32,000 bases of DNA from Pirellulales bacterium (GCA_019636345.1 JAHBXQ010000001.1:431985-463984); one strand, 5' to 3'. Numbered from the stretch's first letter, positions 1 through 10,872 are shown. Translations and numbers: made by a program. The notes: generated from the sequence alone by a model not told the origin.

Positions 1-17
1 GCCTGCTGCTTCCGAGC

Positions 18-1256
18 GTGCGTCTCGCGCTCGTTCTTGCGTCGGGCGGATTCACGAGCGGGTTCGTCGGCGCGAAAGAGACGCCGTTGCCGTCCGGGCC
101 GGGAATCGTCGACGCCCGGCCTGCAGAGGGGCCTTACGTCGAGGTCGACGGCAAGTTCATGGCGCCCTACTTCGAGACGATCCCCGGGACGGACGTCACG
201 TTCGAGATGATCCCGATCCCGGGTGGCGAGTTTCTGCTCGGGAGCCCTGAGGACGAGGCCGACCGCAGCGAGGACGAGGGCCCGCAGGTGCGCGTCCGGA
301 TTGCCCCCATGTGGGTCGGCCGACACGAGGTGACCTGGGCCGAGTACCAGTCGTACATGGCGATGTACGAACGGTTCAAGCAATTCGAGCAGCTTGCCGC
401 GGCCTCGCCCGAGCATGCGATCATCGGCGAGCACGTCGTGCCGGTCGACGCCGACGGCGTGGCCGTCGTCGACGCCGTGACGTGCCCGACGCCGCTCTAC
501 GATCCGAGCTTCACCTACAGCGCCGGCGAGTCGCCCGAGCAGCCGGCCGTGTCGATGACTCCGTTCGCCGCCCGGCAGTACTCAAAATGGCTCAGCGGCC
601 TGACCGGTCGCGACTATCGCTTGCCGACCGAAGCCGAGTGGGAATACGCCGCCCGCGCGGGAACGACGACCGCGTACTCCTTCGGCGACGAGGCCGACGG
701 GCTCGAGGACTACGCCTGGTTCGACGACAACGCCGACTACGAGACTCACCCCGTCGGCGGGAAACAGCCGAACGCCTGGGGTCTGCACGACATGCTGGGA
801 AACGTCGCCGAATGGACGCTCGACGAGTACGCCCCCGACCAGTACGAACAACTCCGCGGCGTCGGCGCCGAGCCCGTCGACGGCGCCCGCGCGGTTCGCT
901 GGCCGACGAAGTCCTATCCCCGCGCGGTCCGCGGCGGGTCGTGGCTCGACACGGCCGATCGGCTCCGCGTCGCTGCGCGGCAGGCGTCGGAGGACGACGA
1001 ATGGAAACTTTCCGACCCCAACGCTCCCCACAGCCCCTGGTGGTATACTGAGGAGCCCGCAACCGGCATCGGCATGCGCGTCGTCCGGCCGTGGGGAGGG
1101 GTCCCCGCGGAGGATCGGCCTCGCGTTTGGGACGCCGAGACCGAATCGATCGCTCGGCAGGTGCAACGCCGGTTGCAGGAAGGGCGCGGCGTACGCGGGG
1201 TGGTCGACCGACAGTTGCCTGCGGCGATCGATGCCGCAGAGAAACTTGCCCAGTAA
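18..1256 (+). CDS. Formylglycine-generating enzyme (FGE/SUMF1) family protein, probably secreted
   Basis: 412-aa ORF with FGE-type blocks: IPGGEFLLGSP, VTWAEYQSYM, YRLPTEAEWEYAARAG, WGLHDMLGNVAEWTLD, VRGGSW. The N-terminus is hydrophobic. The frame stays open back to position 3, so the true start may lie left of the window; GTG at 18 is the first in-window start. Confidence 0.85.
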   Translation: MRLALVLASGGFTSGFVGAKETPLPSGPGIVDARPAEGPYVEVDGKFMAPYFETIPGTDVTFEMIPIPGGEFLLGSPEDEADRSEDEGPQVRVRIAPMWVGRHEVTWAEYQSYMAMYERFKQFEQLAAASPEHAIIGEHVVPVDADGVAVVDAVTCPTPLYDPSFTYSAGESPEQPAVSMTPFAARQYSKWLSGLTGRDYRLPTEAEWEYAARAGTTTAYSFGDEADGLEDYAWFDDNADYETHPVGGKQPNAWGLHDMLGNVAEWTLDEYAPDQYEQLRGVGAEPVDGARAVRWPTKSYPRAVRGGSWLDTADRLRVAARQASEDDEWKLSDPNAPHSPWWYTEEPATGIGMRVVRPWGGVPAEDRPRVWDAETESIARQVQRRLQEGRGVRGVVDRQLPAAIDAAEKLAQ

Positions 1257-1418
1257 CCGCAGCACGGACCGCTCGTCAAATTCACTCACTCCGGTCGTCA
1301 ACACCGGCCCCGTCCGAATGTTCGTTGCTCGAATCGCCGCGATTCGCTCGCACAAGCAATCCGACGGAACCCGTCGCCCGGCAGCGAACTCTCGCTCACT
1401 CATCGAAGGAGTCCGATT

Positions 1419-2801
1419 ATGTCCGCTCGTCAGCAGTCCCGCCCCGCCCTGCCTCGTCGCGACTTTCTGCAGGGCGCCGGCGCCCTTGCGGCCGGCGGCG
1501 TGATTCTCGGCGCCTCGGCGCAAATTGCTCGTTCGGCCCACGTCGCCGAGAACAGCGAGTTCAAAGTCGCGGTCATCGGCTGCGGCGGTCGCGGCGCCGG
1601 CGCGGCGCTGCAGGCCCTTGAGACCAAGGGCCCGGTGACCGTCGTCGCGCTGGCCGACGCGTTCGAGCCGAACCTGCAGGCGTGCCTCAGGGCGCTCGAG
1701 GAGAAGTGCGCCCAAGGCAAGGCGGAAAACCACCCGCTGCTGTCCGACAGCAAGGTCGACTGCCCCCCCGAGCGGCAGTTCGTCGGCTTCGACGCGTACA
1801 AAAAGGCTCTGGCGGTCGAGTCCGACGTCGTCATCCTCGCCACGCCGCCCGGATTTCGACCGCTCCATTTCCAGGCTGCGGTCGAGGCGGGCAAGCACGT
1901 CTTCGCCGAGAAGCCCGTGGCGGTCGACGCCCCTGGCGTCCGGCTGTTCATGGCGGCCAACGAACAGGCGAAGCAGAAGAACCTGATGGTCGCCATCGGG
2001 CTGCAGCGTCACCACGACCCCCGGTACGTCGAAACGATCCAACGGATTCACGACGGCGCCATCGGCGACGTCGTCGCCACGCGGGTCTACTGGAACTCCG
2101 GCGGACTCTGGATCCGCAACCGCGAACCGGGCGACACCGAGATGACATACCAGATGCGCAACTGGTACTACTTCCACTGGCTCTGCGGCGATCACTTCGT
2201 TGAACAGCACATCCACAACCTCGACGTAGGGAACTGGATCGTCGGCGGTCCCGACGGCGGCGCTCATCCCGTCGAGTGCCATGCGATGGGGGGGCGCCAG
2301 GTTCGCACCGGCAAGGACGTGGGGCAGATCTTCGACCACTTTGCGGCCGAGTATTCCTACGCCGACGGCACGAAAATGTTCAGCCAGGCCCGGCACATCA
2401 ACGGCTGTTGGAACGAGGTCGGCGAGCACGCCCACGGCACGAACGGACATGCCGAGGTGAGCCGGTTCCGCATCTTCGGTTCCCAGGGAGATTGGCGTTC
2501 GCGTCGCCCCGGCGTCGACGCCCACCATCAGGAGCACCACGACCTGTTTGCGGCGCTGCGGCGCGGCGAGATCTACAACGAGGGAGACAACGGCGCCATC
2601 GCCACGATGACTGCCGTCATGGGGGTCATGGCCGCTTACAGCGGCAAGGCGATCACCTGGGACCAGGCGCTGGCGAGCGAGCGCGTCGCGGCGCCGGGGA
2701 TCGGGGACTACACGTTCCAAACGACCCCGCCGGTCGTCCCCAACGCCGACGGCTACTACCCCGTCCCCGTGCCGGGGCAGACCAACATGCTGCGTGCGTA
2801 G
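1419..2801 (+). CDS. Gfo/Idh/MocA-family NAD(P)-dependent oxidoreductase with twin-arginine (Tat) signal
   Basis: ATG preceded by GAAGGAG 7 nt upstream. The N-terminus RPALPRRDFLQGAGALAAGG fits a Tat signal. Rossmann motif VAVIGCGGRG, with family-typical EKP and downstream blocks. 460 aa. Confidence 0.85.
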   Translation: MSARQQSRPALPRRDFLQGAGALAAGGVILGASAQIARSAHVAENSEFKVAVIGCGGRGAGAALQALETKGPVTVVALADAFEPNLQACLRALEEKCAQGKAENHPLLSDSKVDCPPERQFVGFDAYKKALAVESDVVILATPPGFRPLHFQAAVEAGKHVFAEKPVAVDAPGVRLFMAANEQAKQKNLMVAIGLQRHHDPRYVETIQRIHDGAIGDVVATRVYWNSGGLWIRNREPGDTEMTYQMRNWYYFHWLCGDHFVEQHIHNLDVGNWIVGGPDGGAHPVECHAMGGRQVRTGKDVGQIFDHFAAEYSYADGTKMFSQARHINGCWNEVGEHAHGTNGHAEVSRFRIFGSQGDWRSRRPGVDAHHQEHHDLFAALRRGEIYNEGDNGAIATMTAVMGVMAAYSGKAITWDQALASERVAAPGIGDYTFQTTPPVVPNADGYYPVPVPGQTNMLRA

Positions 2802-2825
2802 CGGCCGACCGCGACGAGTTCTGGC

Positions 2826-4988
2826 ATGGCGAACCACCGACTAGCGCCCATCGGGCGAGTGCTTGGCTTCTGCGCGCTGGTCGCGGCCCTGCGCTCAAGC
2901 GCGGAGCAAGCAAGGGACGTCGCCCCGATTGATCGCCGCGCACTGGTCGCACGCCACAACGTCGTGCATCGCGCGGCGACGGCCGAGAACTTCCTGCAGG
3001 TCGGCAACGGGGAGTTTGCGTTCGCGTTCGACGCGACGGGATTGCAGACGCTCGATCGCGAGTTCGCCCCCGCAATCCCGCTCCACACGATGGCGAACTG
3101 GGGTTGGCATCGGTTCCCCAACGTCGACGGCCGGCGCTACGAAGAGACGCTCAGCGAGTTCGTCGTCGGCCGTCGCACGCCGACGTACGCCGATCGGCAG
3201 AACACCCCGGCCGGCGAGCACTTTCGGGCGAATCCGCATCGGTTCAACCTCGGGCGAATCGGATTGTGGTGGAGGGGACAGGACGCCGGGGGCGCCGTCG
3301 AGTCGGCCGACTTCACGGAATTCGAACAGACGCTCGACCTGTGGCGCGGCGTCGCGACGAGCCGTTACCGGTTCCGCGGCGAGCCGGTCGTCGTGACGAC
3401 TGTCGCCCATCCGCGGCGCGACGCGATCGCAGTGCGGATTGAGTCGCCGCTCGTGACGCGGGGGGAACTCGGCGTCGCGGTGCGATTCAGCTACCCCCGC
3501 GGCGAATGGGGACCGGCCGTCGACGATTTCGAGCAGTCCGAGCGGCATCGCACCACGATGCGACGCGATCCCGCGGGCCCCGTCGCGTTCGCGCGACAGG
3601 TGGACGACATGCAGTACCTCGCGACGTGCGATCCCGGCCCCGACGCGGTCGTCGAATCGTGGAACGAACATGCGCGGCGAATCAACTGGCTCGGGGCCGA
3701 CGCGGGGGAACTGGTCGTCGAGTTCCGCGCGGACGATTCGCACCGCGACGCATCCCCCGCGGAACACGCGCCCGCCGCCGCGACGACTTCGTTCGCCGAC
3801 GTCCGCGCCGCCGCGGCGGCGCATTGGGAATCGTTTTGGAGCAACGGCGGGGCGATCGACTTGGGCGCCGTCGCCGATCCCCGCGCGCGGGAACTCGAGC
3901 GCCGCATCGTCTTGTCGCAGTACCTTGCGGCGATTCACAACGGTTCGCTCCCCCCGCAGGAGACGGGATTCGTCTGCAACTCGTGGTTCGGCAAGCAGCA
4001 TCTCGAAATGCACTGGTGGCATGCGGCTCACCTCGCGCTGTGGGGACGCGAGGAGGCGCTCGAGCGGAGCCTCGCCTGGTATCGCGAGATCCTGCCGCAG
4101 GCCCGCGCGATCGCCGCGCGGCAGGGTTACGCCGGCGTGCGATGGCCGAAAATGACCGGCCCCGACGGCGTGAGCTCCCCCAGCGGGGTCGGCGAGTTCC
4201 TCGTTTGGCAGCAGCCTCACGTCATCGCGCTGGCCGAGTTGGTGCACCGCGCCCGGCCCGGCGATCAGACGCTGTCCCAGTACGGGGACTTGGTCGAGGC
4301 GACGGCCGAGTTCATGGCCGACTTTGCCGAGCCTGACGCTGCCGGGACGCTGCACCTGGGGCCCCCCTTGATCCCCGCGCAGGAGTGCTACGCCCCTCGA
4401 ACGACGCGGGACCCGACGTATGAACTAGCCTACTGGCGCTACGCCCTGGAAACGGCGCAAGCGTGGCGCGAACGCGCGGGGCGAGCTCGCAATGCGAACT
4501 GGGACCGCATGCTCGCCAACTTGGCCGCGGCGCCGGTACGCGACGGGCGTTACGCGGCGGTCGCCGCGGAACCGTTCACTAAGCCGGACGATCATCCGTC
4601 GATGCTCGCCGCGCTGGGCGTGTTGCCGCGGACGGCGGGGATCGACCCGGCGACCATGCGGCGCACCGCCGCGTGGGTTGAGGAGAATTGGCAGTGGGAA
4701 TCGACCTGGGGTTGGGATTACCCCATGCTTGCCATGACCTGGGCCCGCTGCGGCGATCCGGTGCGGGCCGTCGACGCTTTGCTGCACCCCTCGCCGAAGA
4801 ACCGCTATTTGCCCAACGGGCACAACTACCAGGAACCGCGACTGCCGGTCTATCTGCCGGGCAACGGCGGGGTGCTTGTCGCAACGGCGCTGATGGCCGC
4901 CGGCTGGGACGACGGGCCGGAGCAATCCGCGCCGGGATTCCCCCCGGAATGGCCCGTACGCGTCGAAGGGTTGCTCCGCTCGCCGTAG
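2826..4988 (+). CDS. Secreted hypothetical protein, probably an (alpha/alpha)6-barrel glycoside-hydrolase-like enzyme (family not assignable by eye)
   Basis: 720-aa ORF with a signal-peptide-like N-terminus (MANHRLAPIGRVLGFCALVAALRSSAEQA). The Trp/His-rich central region (NSWFGKQHLEMHWWHAAHLALWG, FLVWQQPHV) is typical of six-hairpin glycosidases. It sits next to the GH29 fucosidase. The CDS call is solid; the function is a guess. Confidence 0.7.
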   Translation: MANHRLAPIGRVLGFCALVAALRSSAEQARDVAPIDRRALVARHNVVHRAATAENFLQVGNGEFAFAFDATGLQTLDREFAPAIPLHTMANWGWHRFPNVDGRRYEETLSEFVVGRRTPTYADRQNTPAGEHFRANPHRFNLGRIGLWWRGQDAGGAVESADFTEFEQTLDLWRGVATSRYRFRGEPVVVTTVAHPRRDAIAVRIESPLVTRGELGVAVRFSYPRGEWGPAVDDFEQSERHRTTMRRDPAGPVAFARQVDDMQYLATCDPGPDAVVESWNEHARRINWLGADAGELVVEFRADDSHRDASPAEHAPAAATTSFADVRAAAAAHWESFWSNGGAIDLGAVADPRARELERRIVLSQYLAAIHNGSLPPQETGFVCNSWFGKQHLEMHWWHAAHLALWGREEALERSLAWYREILPQARAIAARQGYAGVRWPKMTGPDGVSSPSGVGEFLVWQQPHVIALAELVHRARPGDQTLSQYGDLVEATAEFMADFAEPDAAGTLHLGPPLIPAQECYAPRTTRDPTYELAYWRYALETAQAWRERAGRARNANWDRMLANLAAAPVRDGRYAAVAAEPFTKPDDHPSMLAALGVLPRTAGIDPATMRRTAAWVEENWQWESTWGWDYPMLAMTWARCGDPVRAVDALLHPSPKNRYLPNGHNYQEPRLPVYLPGNGGVLVATALMAAGWDDGPEQSAPGFPPEWPVRVEGLLRSP

Positions 4989-5091
4989 CGGGGCGATCGA
5001 CCTCTCTCACGCTTGGCGATTCCTCGCTCGCAGAATCATTCGCAACAATGCGCGCTATTCGCGGGCGCTGAACGAACGACGGCAAGCATGC

Positions 5092-6501
<1,410 letters not shown>

Positions 6502-6639
6502 AAGGGTGATTCCAAGTCGAGTCAGAAGGAACAAGAGAAACAGCAACGGGAGTCGATTCTCCTCGCAAGCGTTTTCGTCGGTCGAGGGCGTCACGACGAG
6601 CAACGACTCCCGTCCCTGTTTAGCGTAAATTCAGCGAGC

Positions 6640-6667
6640 ATCATACCACGGCGGGCGCGGAGGTCAC
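6640..6667 (-). promoter_or_regulatory. Candidate sigma70-type promoter with extended -10 for the fucosidase gene
   Basis: The minus strand reads GTGACC-N16-TGgTATGAT. The -10 hexamer TATGAT is at 6645-6640, the TG at 6648-6647 and the -35-like GTGACC at 6667-6662. It lies about 140 nt upstream of the ATG at 6501. Confidence 0.35.
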
Positions 6668-6803
6668 GGCGGAAAACGCTTGCGCGCGGACGAGCCCGCG
6701 CCGACCGCCGGGGTCGGACTGCTCGAACGGTTGCGAGCGATTTCGTGGGCGACCTCCGCCTGCCGGGCGAAATCGAGTTCGAATTGCGGCCTGCGAGCAC
6801 AAG

Positions 6804-6828
6804 CCGTGTCGAGAAAAAACAGACGGGG
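6804..6828 (-). terminator. Weak rho-independent terminator-like hairpin plus T6
   Basis: The minus strand reads GACGG-cggggcc-CCGTC followed by TGTTTTTTCTC (plus-strand A-run 6804-6809). The stem is only 5 bp. Confidence 0.35.
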
Positions 6829-6928
6829 CCCCGCCGTCCGAACGAACGCGCAAGCGCGTTCGCTTTTCGCCGGCTCGACGCGGTGCGTCTGCGATCACCT
6901 TGATCGGTAGGCGGCGGGGTCCCCGGGA

Positions 6929-6952
6929 CTCGGCGACGCGCGCGTCGCCGAG
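6929..6952. repeat. Perfect 24-bp palindrome CTCGGCGACGCG|CGCGTCGCCGAG
   Basis: Read directly from the sequence: arms 6929-6940 and 6941-6952 are exact reverse complements with no spacer. It lies in non-coding DNA. Confidence 0.9.
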
Positions 6953-7115
6953 CAATTTCGACCTCGCCCTCCCCCGACGCCGGTCCGCCGCATTCCGCGC
7001 CGAGGATCCGTCGTCGAACAGGGGTATTATCCTCAATCGGCCGGGGAAGTTCCAGCCGCAGTCTTGTGCCACTTCGCAGAATACGGGCCTTTGCCGAGTG
7101 GCTTGCTCGGAAATG

Positions 7116-7147
7116 AAAAAAAACACCGCGCCGACTCGCGTCGCGGT
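7116..7147 (-). terminator. Rho-independent terminator of the 7168-9117 gene
   Basis: The minus strand reads ACCGCG-acgcgagtcgg-CGCGGT followed by G-TTTTTTTT (plus-strand A8 at 7116-7123). It starts 20 nt downstream of the stop codon at 7168. Confidence 0.6.
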
Positions 7148-7167
7148 CAACCGGCTGCGCGATGAGC

Positions 7168-9117
7168 TCACCGCGCCGGTTGCGGCGCAAGCCGCCGGTG
7201 TTCGCTTGGCGAGGCGTTGAGGGCGTAGACCTCGTCGCCGACGGGGATCGCGCCAGCAGCCGGGCTGACGCCGCGGTAGAGGTGGGTTTCGCGGCGATCG
7301 GCGAGCGTCGCGAGGCTGGTAATCTCGATCGTCCGTCCGTCGACCGCGGCCCAGCCGAGCCCCAGCGGGGCGAGGACCGCGTCGAGCGCTTCGTCCCAGG
7401 GAACGCCGTGCCGGCTGCAGGCGATCCGCGTCTGCGGCGTGAGATCGAGCCCGGCAAGCGCCGGCCAATCGACCAAGACGGCGACCTCGAGTTCCTCCTG
7501 CCAGTGGCGGAAGACCTCGCGCAGCGGCGTGAAATCGGTGAAGGTGAACGTCGCCAAGGCCGTCATCCGCGGAGCGAGAATGCGGTACGGAGACTCGCCG
7601 GCGACGAGCTTCGCCGGATAACGCGACTTGGCGGGCAGGCCGCGGGCGACGCGGATCCGCTCCAACAGCAGCAGCACGTCGTACTGCACCGGCTCGGGAG
7701 CGTTGATCGAAAGCTTGTCGCCGCCGACCGCGAGCGTGGCGTCCCCGCCGACCGCGTCCCAACATTCGGGCTCGACGAGCTCGCGGACCCAACGGGCGAT
7801 CGCGTCGGCGTCGGACTCGCCGGTCGCCAAGTCGCCCACGGCATACTCGATCGTGCGCCGCGCGGGAAGGTCGGTCCGCTCGAGCACGATCTGATCGCCG
7901 ACGATGCGCGGGGCGAGTCGCAGCGGTTTCGCGGCAGCGACGAGGACCTGCTCGAAGGTCGCGTCCTGCATGTCGACGTCGACGCCGCGGCTTGCAACGA
8001 TCCCCGCGAGCCGCAACTGCTGCGGAGTGACGCTCACGGGCGCGCCGGAAAGCTGCGTCGCCAAATCGACGAAGCGGCACAACGGCATCTTCCTTGCCGC
8101 GATCGAGGGAAATCGCAGCTCGAGCGCCGTCGCCGCGTCAGGGCGACGCACGGGGGCGCCGACCGATTCGCGCCGCACTGCTGTATGGGCGTCGGGAGCG
8201 TCGACCGAGGGGTCGCTCGGCGCAGGCTCGGCAATCGGCGCGGGCTCGGCGACTTCGGTCGCGGGCGTCGCGGGACGCGCGGGGACGAACAGCGACGCCA
8301 GATCGAGTCCCTCGGGATCGAGGTCGAGCGGATCGATCTCGCGACTCCCGCGCGGCGACTCGATGACCATCCGCGGGGCGTCGGCGCCGACTGCCTCGTG
8401 CGCGACGGAATCAGCAGCGGGCGCGGGGAGGTCTGCGAAAGGATCGGCCGGCGGTTCCGCGGGGTCGGCGACGCGCGGGTCTGTCGGGGCCTCGTCGAGC
8501 GGCGCCTCGGCGGCAATCGTCGGAAGTTCCGGCGTCCGTTCAACCGACGGGGCGATCGAATCAGGCGGACTCGTCGGTGCGGCGGCGCGGACCGCGTCGT
8601 CGTCTTGGGTCAGGTCGATCGCATCGACGACCGGCGCGGGGGACGTTTCCGTGTCGCTGCCGGGCGGTGCGTTGGTCGAGGTCGGAGCGGCGTTTGCGCT
8701 GGTCGTCGGCGCGGGGGGCGACGACCACATCGTCATCGCCACGGCGACGACCACGGCGCCGGCTAGCGCGCCGCCGATAATCGCGGTCGCGGAGCCCCGC
8801 TCCGGGAACCGCGAAGCCGTCGACTGCGCCACGGATGACGCCTCGGCCGAGCTCGCCGAGGCAACCTCGGAGGTCGCAGGATCGTCATGAAGATCCGCGA
8901 CTTCGTCAAATGTCGGCGCTGCGGGGGGCGGTTCGGCGACCTTGGGCGACGCCAGATTTGCGGCGACTGCGGATGAGGCGGCGGCCGCTCTCGCCGGAGG
9001 TTCCACCAACACCATGCTGCCGCACTTGGGGCAAGCCAAGATTTTCCCCACCAGCGCCTCGTTGCGCACTGTCAGCCGAGCCGAGCAGGTGACGCAGATG
9101 ACGTGAAAGGGGGACAC
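7168..9117 (-). CDS. Hypothetical single-pass membrane protein with an N-terminal zinc-ribbon and Pro/Ala/Thr-rich linkers
   Basis: 649-aa ORF with a GTG start. The N-terminus VICVTCSARLTVRNEALVGKILACPKCGSMVLV has a CxxC...CxxC arrangement like an MJ0042-type zinc ribbon. One TM helix (AIIGGALAGAVVVAVAMTMW). A long low-complexity P/A/T/D region is followed by a folded C-terminal region of about 320 aa that contains two copies of a beta/alpha module. GC3-rich codons run throughout. Confidence 0.75.
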   Translation of the reverse strand: MSPFHVICVTCSARLTVRNEALVGKILACPKCGSMVLVEPPARAAAASSAVAANLASPKVAEPPPAAPTFDEVADLHDDPATSEVASASSAEASSVAQSTASRFPERGSATAIIGGALAGAVVVAVAMTMWSSPPAPTTSANAAPTSTNAPPGSDTETSPAPVVDAIDLTQDDDAVRAAAPTSPPDSIAPSVERTPELPTIAAEAPLDEAPTDPRVADPAEPPADPFADLPAPAADSVAHEAVGADAPRMVIESPRGSREIDPLDLDPEGLDLASLFVPARPATPATEVAEPAPIAEPAPSDPSVDAPDAHTAVRRESVGAPVRRPDAATALELRFPSIAARKMPLCRFVDLATQLSGAPVSVTPQQLRLAGIVASRGVDVDMQDATFEQVLVAAAKPLRLAPRIVGDQIVLERTDLPARRTIEYAVGDLATGESDADAIARWVRELVEPECWDAVGGDATLAVGGDKLSINAPEPVQYDVLLLLERIRVARGLPAKSRYPAKLVAGESPYRILAPRMTALATFTFTDFTPLREVFRHWQEELEVAVLVDWPALAGLDLTPQTRIACSRHGVPWDEALDAVLAPLGLGWAAVDGRTIEITSLATLADRRETHLYRGVSPAAGAIPVGDEVYALNASPSEHRRLAPQPAR

Positions 9118-9204
9118 GGGAGACGGCGTTCGGCAAGGGGTGACGGGAGAGACGCTGCAGGAGGGCGTCGCGGGGGGGCTTTCTCCAGTATATGCCCGGG
9201 GGGG

Positions 9205-10872
9205 TTACTCGTCCCGGAAAACGGGGGGGAGTGCTTCGCCCCGTTTGGCGGCTGCGGCGCGGGTCGTGATGACGATGCGTCCTGCCCGGCCGTCGGCCGC
9301 CGAGAGGATCACGTAGACAAGTTTCTGCCGGGGGTCGGCGGGGCCGGTCGCCGTGCGGTCGGGGTTCGCCAGCCGCAGGATCTCGACGAGCACGTCGCCC
9401 GCGGGTCGGTTCCGCTGATCAATCGCGAACGACTGGTTCTTGGTGATGCCTTCGAGAAACAAATCGCTGCCAAGGATCTCGATCGGCGTTTCGATTTCCG
9501 CGGCCAACAGTTCGATCGCCTGGGAGAGCGTATCCTTGGGGAACGACAGCGTCACGGTTTGCCGAAGTTTGCCGTCGATCGTCTCGGGGCGGGAGTCGAG
9601 GGGAGCCTCGCTCGTCGCGGCGCGGGCGCCTTCGTTGCGAGGCAGGGTGAGCGCCAACTCCGCGGCCAGCAGCAGATTGTGTCCCGCGGGGGCCGGCAGA
9701 TAGCAGCGGACGACCGCTTGATTCTGCTCGACCCCGTTGCGGGCGAATCGCGAAGCCGCGCGGAGCATCGCCGGCAAACGCATCAGCACCCGGCGTCCGT
9801 GCGAATGCCACGGCGCCGCGGCGACGAACTCTTCGACTGCCGCCGGTGCGGCGAGGATCTGCGACTTAAGCCGGACGCTGGTCGGCTGCGCGGGGGCGCT
9901 GCGCACCGGCGCGGTCCGCAGTTCGGAGAAGAAGTCGTCGTCCCAGTGCATGCTCAGGGCGACCGCCGCGGCGCGATCCTCGGTGAGCCAGCGGAGCGCC
10001 GCTCGAAGCGGTTCGGCCGCGCCGGTCACGAGCTTGCCGCCGCTGGCCTGAAGAAAGCGGGGAGCAAAGATCACCGTCGCCAGCCGGTCGGCGTCGCTCG
10101 CGGCGACCAGCCGCTCGAGGTCCGCCGCGAGCGGCGGGGCCGTCGACGCCTCGCGCAGCTCAGCGGCGAGTTGCTGCGAACAGACGACCAACACCGTGGC
10201 GGCGATTGCGTCGGCGTCGCCTGACCGGCTTGTCGCGACGAAGCGTACGGACCGCCCGACGCTCTCGGATTGCGCGGGCCGCGGCGCCCCGGTAACGAGC
10301 CTGGCTCGCAGGGAGAACAGAAGCGAGTCGTCGGTCGCGGTCGTGACGCTCAGCATCAACTCTTCAACATCGGCCAAGGGGAGGCCCAGGAGTCGCTCCG
10401 CTTCGCCTTTGGCGTTGTCGCCCCATGGCCCCAGGGCGGCAAGCGCCTTGGCGCCTTCGGGGTGCGCGGCGAGCGCCGCGGGGCGCAGGTGGACGAGCAC
10501 TTGCGTCCCGGCCGGCACGTAGCCGAGCGCGATCGGCGGCCCCGCGGTCGGCGACGCCCACAAGAGCCGACCGTCGTCGTCGACGACCTGTTCGCGCAGC
10601 GCGGGCTCAACGGCCGCGGGAGGCGCGACGACCGCCGACTGGGCCACGACCTGCGGAGCGGCCGGGGGGGCTTCGAAACCGCGCGGCCGCAACAGCGCAA
10701 ACGCGCCCAACGCAACAAGCGCGACGACCAGTCCTCCCCACGCCAACCATGGTCGACGAGATGGCTTGCGCCGGACAGGCGAGCGCGGTTCGACCTGAAT
10801 TCGCAACGAATCGTCTGTCACGGTCGAGTCCGCCGAGCATTCACGAGACGAGGTCGAACTTTCGCAGTTCAA
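9205..10872 (-). CDS. Hypothetical membrane-anchored protein (N-in, large extracytoplasmic domain)
   Basis: 555-aa ORF with one TM helix (PWLAWGGLVVALVALGAFALL). The C-terminal module TVTLSFPKDTLSQAIELLAAEIETPIEILG...IVITT resembles the modules in the downstream protein. The start is uncertain: TTG at 10872 overlaps the upstream gene by 32 nt, while an in-frame GTG at 10821 would sit 20 nt after that gene's stop. Confidence 0.7.
   Translation of the reverse strand: MNCESSTSSRECSADSTVTDDSLRIQVEPRSPVRRKPSRRPWLAWGGLVVALVALGAFALLRPRGFEAPPAAPQVVAQSAVVAPPAAVEPALREQVVDDDGRLLWASPTAGPPIALGYVPAGTQVLVHLRPAALAAHPEGAKALAALGPWGDNAKGEAERLLGLPLADVEELMLSVTTATDDSLLFSLRARLVTGAPRPAQSESVGRSVRFVATSRSGDADAIAATVLVVCSQQLAAELREASTAPPLAADLERLVAASDADRLATVIFAPRFLQASGGKLVTGAAEPLRAALRWLTEDRAAAVALSMHWDDDFFSELRTAPVRSAPAQPTSVRLKSQILAAPAAVEEFVAAAPWHSHGRRVLMRLPAMLRAASRFARNGVEQNQAVVRCYLPAPAGHNLLLAAELALTLPRNEGARAATSEAPLDSRPETIDGKLRQTVTLSFPKDTLSQAIELLAAEIETPIEILGSDLFLEGITKNQSFAIDQRNRPAGDVLVEILRLANPDRTATGPADPRQKLVYVILSAADGRAGRIVITTRAAAAKRGEALPPVFRDE

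Noticed and set aside
582-2837. A 751-aa ORF antisense to the FGE-like and oxidoreductase genes. Similar long antisense or off-frame ORFs occur at 2895-4355, 5122-6903, 6641-8080, 7162-8766, 9103-10224, 10425-12233, 15498-17039, 16982-18622, 19726-21000, 21331-22788, 24553-25617 and 27748-29538.
   Set aside because: Their translations are low-complexity Arg/Gly/Pro/Ala-rich strings with no recognisable motifs. Each lies opposite or out of frame to a gene with clear family signatures. Long stop-free antisense frames are expected in DNA this GC-rich.
6775-6789. A tRNA-like T-loop string, GAGTTCGAATTGCGG.
   Set aside because: The flanks form no 5-bp T-stem, and there is no acceptor, D or anticodon arm. 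I could not assemble a cloverleaf anywhere in the window.
6604-7167. The lower-GC patches at 6604-7167 and 18608-18720 as signs of horizontally acquired or mobile DNA.
   Set aside because: There are no integrase or transposase remnants, no flanking direct repeats and no tRNA. The patches are short and non-coding, and they sit exactly at gene boundaries, as expected for promoters and terminators.
7168-9117. Reading the zinc-ribbon/TM/periplasmic-domain protein as an ECF anti-sigma factor.
   Set aside because: No sigma-factor gene is adjacent or anywhere in the window. The N-terminus is a CxxC...CxxC ribbon, not the HxxxCxxC ZAS motif. The topology alone is not enough.
10841-10872. The 32-nt overlap between the ABM gene and the 555-aa gene as a programmed translational-coupling or frameshift site.
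   Set aside because: The overlap depends on a weak TTG start. An in-frame GTG at 10821 removes it, and there is no slippery sequence or downstream structure.
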